Of a stretch of 35,001 nt of DNA, positions 33,627-35,001 are shown in pieces; position 1 is the first letter of the stretch; each line of letters starts with the position of its first letter. Made by a program: the position numbers and the translations under genes. Source of the DNA: Armatimonadota bacterium (lineage in GTDB: Bacteria; Sysuimicrobiota; Sysuimicrobiia; Sysuimicrobiales; Kaftiobacteriaceae); assembly GCA_037440005.1 (NCBI GenBank), contig JBBIUY010000030.1, forward strand, positions 1-35,001. The letters run 5' to 3'. The notes under the pieces were generated by a model. The model was not told where the DNA came from, did not search any database, and was given only the letters and a program-made list of their open reading frames with translations.

Positions 33627-34301
33627 GTGGTGTCGGAACTCGCCGCCCGGATCGCCCGCGTCCGCGAGCGGATCGCCCGGGCCGCCGCGCGGAGCGGGCG
33701 GCGGCCCGAGGACGTGACCCTCGTGGCGGTGACCAAGGGGGTGGAGCCCGAGCGGATCGCGGCGGCCGTCGCCTGCGGCATCACCGACGTGGGCGAAAAC
33801 CGGGTGCAGGAGGCCGCGGCGAAGGTCCGGGCCCTGCCGGCGGGGTCGGTCCGGTGGCACCTGGTGGGTCACCTGCAGCGCAACAAGGCCCGGGCGGCCG
33901 TCGAGCTGTTTCAGGTCATCCACTCGGTGGACCGGCTGGCCCTGGGGGTCGAGCTGAGCCGGCGGGCGCGCGGGCCCCTGGAGGTGCTGGTGCAGGTGAA
34001 CGTGGCGGGCGAGCCTCAGAAGTTCGGGGTGGCGCCGTCCGACGCCGCGGGGCTGGTGCGGGCGCTGGCCGGGCTGCCGGGGCTGCGGGTGGTGGGCCTG
34101 ATGACCATCGCGCCCCTCTCCGACGACCCGCAGGCGGTGCGTCCGGTCTTCGCCCGGCTGCGGGAGCTGCGGGACGACCTGGTGCGCCGGGGCGCGGCCC
34201 CGGGGCTGGTCCACCTGTCCATGGGCATGAGCCAGGATTTCGAGGTGGCCGTGGAAGAAGGAGCCACCATGGTGCGGATCGGCCGGGCGATCTTCGGCTG
34301 A
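33627..34301 (+). CDS. yggS: Pyridoxal phosphate homeostasis protein YggS/YlmE
   Basis: LVAVTK, GENRVQE, WHLVGHLQRNK, IHSVD, GLMTIAP, LSMGMS and VRIGRAIFG. Confidence 0.96.
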   Translation: MVSELAARIARVRERIARAAARSGRRPEDVTLVAVTKGVEPERIAAAVACGITDVGENRVQEAAAKVRALPAGSVRWHLVGHLQRNKARAAVELFQVIHSVDRLALGVELSRRARGPLEVLVQVNVAGEPQKFGVAPSDAAGLVRALAGLPGLRVVGLMTIAPLSDDPQAVRPVFARLRELRDDLVRRGAAPGLVHLSMGMSQDFEVAVEEGATMVRIGRAIFG

Positions 34302-34372
34302 TCGCGGCGGCGGAGCCGCACGACGGGAGAGGGAGTCGCGCGCCAGGGAGGGGGGACGACCGGGAGGGATCC

Positions 34373-34756
34373 GTGAGCGCGCTGGAGCGCCTGATGGTCT
34401 TTCTGGGATTCGCCGACTCCGACGACGCGGCGTCGGACGGCCTGTCCGACGGCCGGCGGCTGAGCCCGGCGTCGCGGACGCCGCAGGAGATCGTGGTCCT
34501 CCACCCCCGGACGTTCGATGACGCCCGGGCGGCCGCCGACTATCTCAAGATGCGTCGGCCGGTTGTGGTGAATTTGCGGGGGACGCCCGCGGACCTGGCC
34601 CGGCGGATCGTGGACTTTGCCAGCGGGGTCGCCTACGCTCTGGACGGTCACCTGCACCCGGTGGCCGAGGAGGTCGTTCTCTTCGCGCCCAGCCACGTGG
34701 TCGTCACGGCCGACCCGCGGGTGGAGGGCGTCCGCGCGGGGGTCTCCCTGGACTGA
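34373..34756 (+). CDS. sepF: Cell division protein SepF
   Basis: N-terminal amphipathic LMVFLGF, PRTFDDA, PVVVNL and [17 protein letters not shown]. Follows yggS. Confidence 0.94.
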   Translation: MSALERLMVFLGFADSDDAASDGLSDGRRLSPASRTPQEIVVLHPRTFDDARAAADYLKMRRPVVVNLRGTPADLARRIVDFASGVAYALDGHLHPVAEEVVLFAPSHVVVTADPRVEGVRAGVSLD

Positions 34757-34784
34757 TCCCCGCCTGGGTCCACCGGAGGGCCGG

Positions 34785-35001
34785 ATGCTGCGCAGCCTGC
34801 ACTGGGACGGGGACGCGCTGGTGCTGCTGGACCAGACGGCGCTGCCGGCCGAGGAGCGGTACCTGCGGTGCCGGACCGCCGACGAGGTGGCCGAGGCCAT
34901 CCGCAGCCTGAAGGTGCGGGGTGCCCCGGCCATCGGCGCGGCGGCGGCGTTCGGTCTGGCCCTGGCGGCGCGCGCGGCGGCGCCCGACGGGCCCGCCGCC
35001 C
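34785..35001 (+). CDS. mtnA: S-methyl-5-thioribose-1-phosphate isomerase (5' partial, truncated by window edge)
   Basis: My translation: [21 protein letters not shown]...[29 protein letters not shown] upstream. Confidence 0.92.
   Translation, partial: MLRSLHWDGDALVLLDQTALPAEERYLRCRTADEVAEAIRSLKVRGAPAIGAAAAFGLALAARAAAPDGPAA

Noticed and set aside
1766..34933. Many long alternative-frame and antisense ORFs rich in Arg/Gly/Pro/Ala (e.g. 1766-4258, 1839-4427, 24533-27079, 24853-27162)
   Set aside because: Shadow ORFs expected at this GC content. Each overlaps a well-supported gene.

Overview
High-GC bacterial chromosomal window with a Terrabacteria/Bacillota-like gene order. A thermophilic Armatimonadota/CSP1-3-like lineage is my guess only. 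It opens with the end of an rRNA operon (23S 3' end, 5S, terminator), then a methyltransferase, a tail-less SSB, an ornithine cyclodeaminase-family gene and an SQR-like flavoprotein. A nearly complete dcw cluster follows (mraZ-rsmH-ftsL-ftsI-murE-murF-mraY-murD-ftsW-murG-murC-murB-ftsQ-ftsA-ftsZ, no ddl). After it come a site-2 protease, a NatB-like permease, nrdR-nrdJ, a VOC dioxygenase, citrate synthase, a glutaredoxin-like gene, phnDCE, pgeF-yggS-sepF and the start of mtnA. The main signal is non-coding. Tandem NrdR-box-like pairs with 31-32 bp spacing occur at the nrdR-nrdJ promoter and also upstream of ftsA and mraZ, and the latter two sit beside identically spaced sigma-H-like promoters. 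This suggests that the dNTP sensor NrdR controls cell-division genes. Other leads are a structured RNA candidate with three anti-Shine-Dalgarno-like CCUCC motifs plus a heptamer-repeat hairpin between rsmH and ftsL, a related hairpin in the 23S-5S spacer, a MurD with many substituted signature motifs, and a palindrome abutting the ssb promoter. All calls were made by eye with no database searches.
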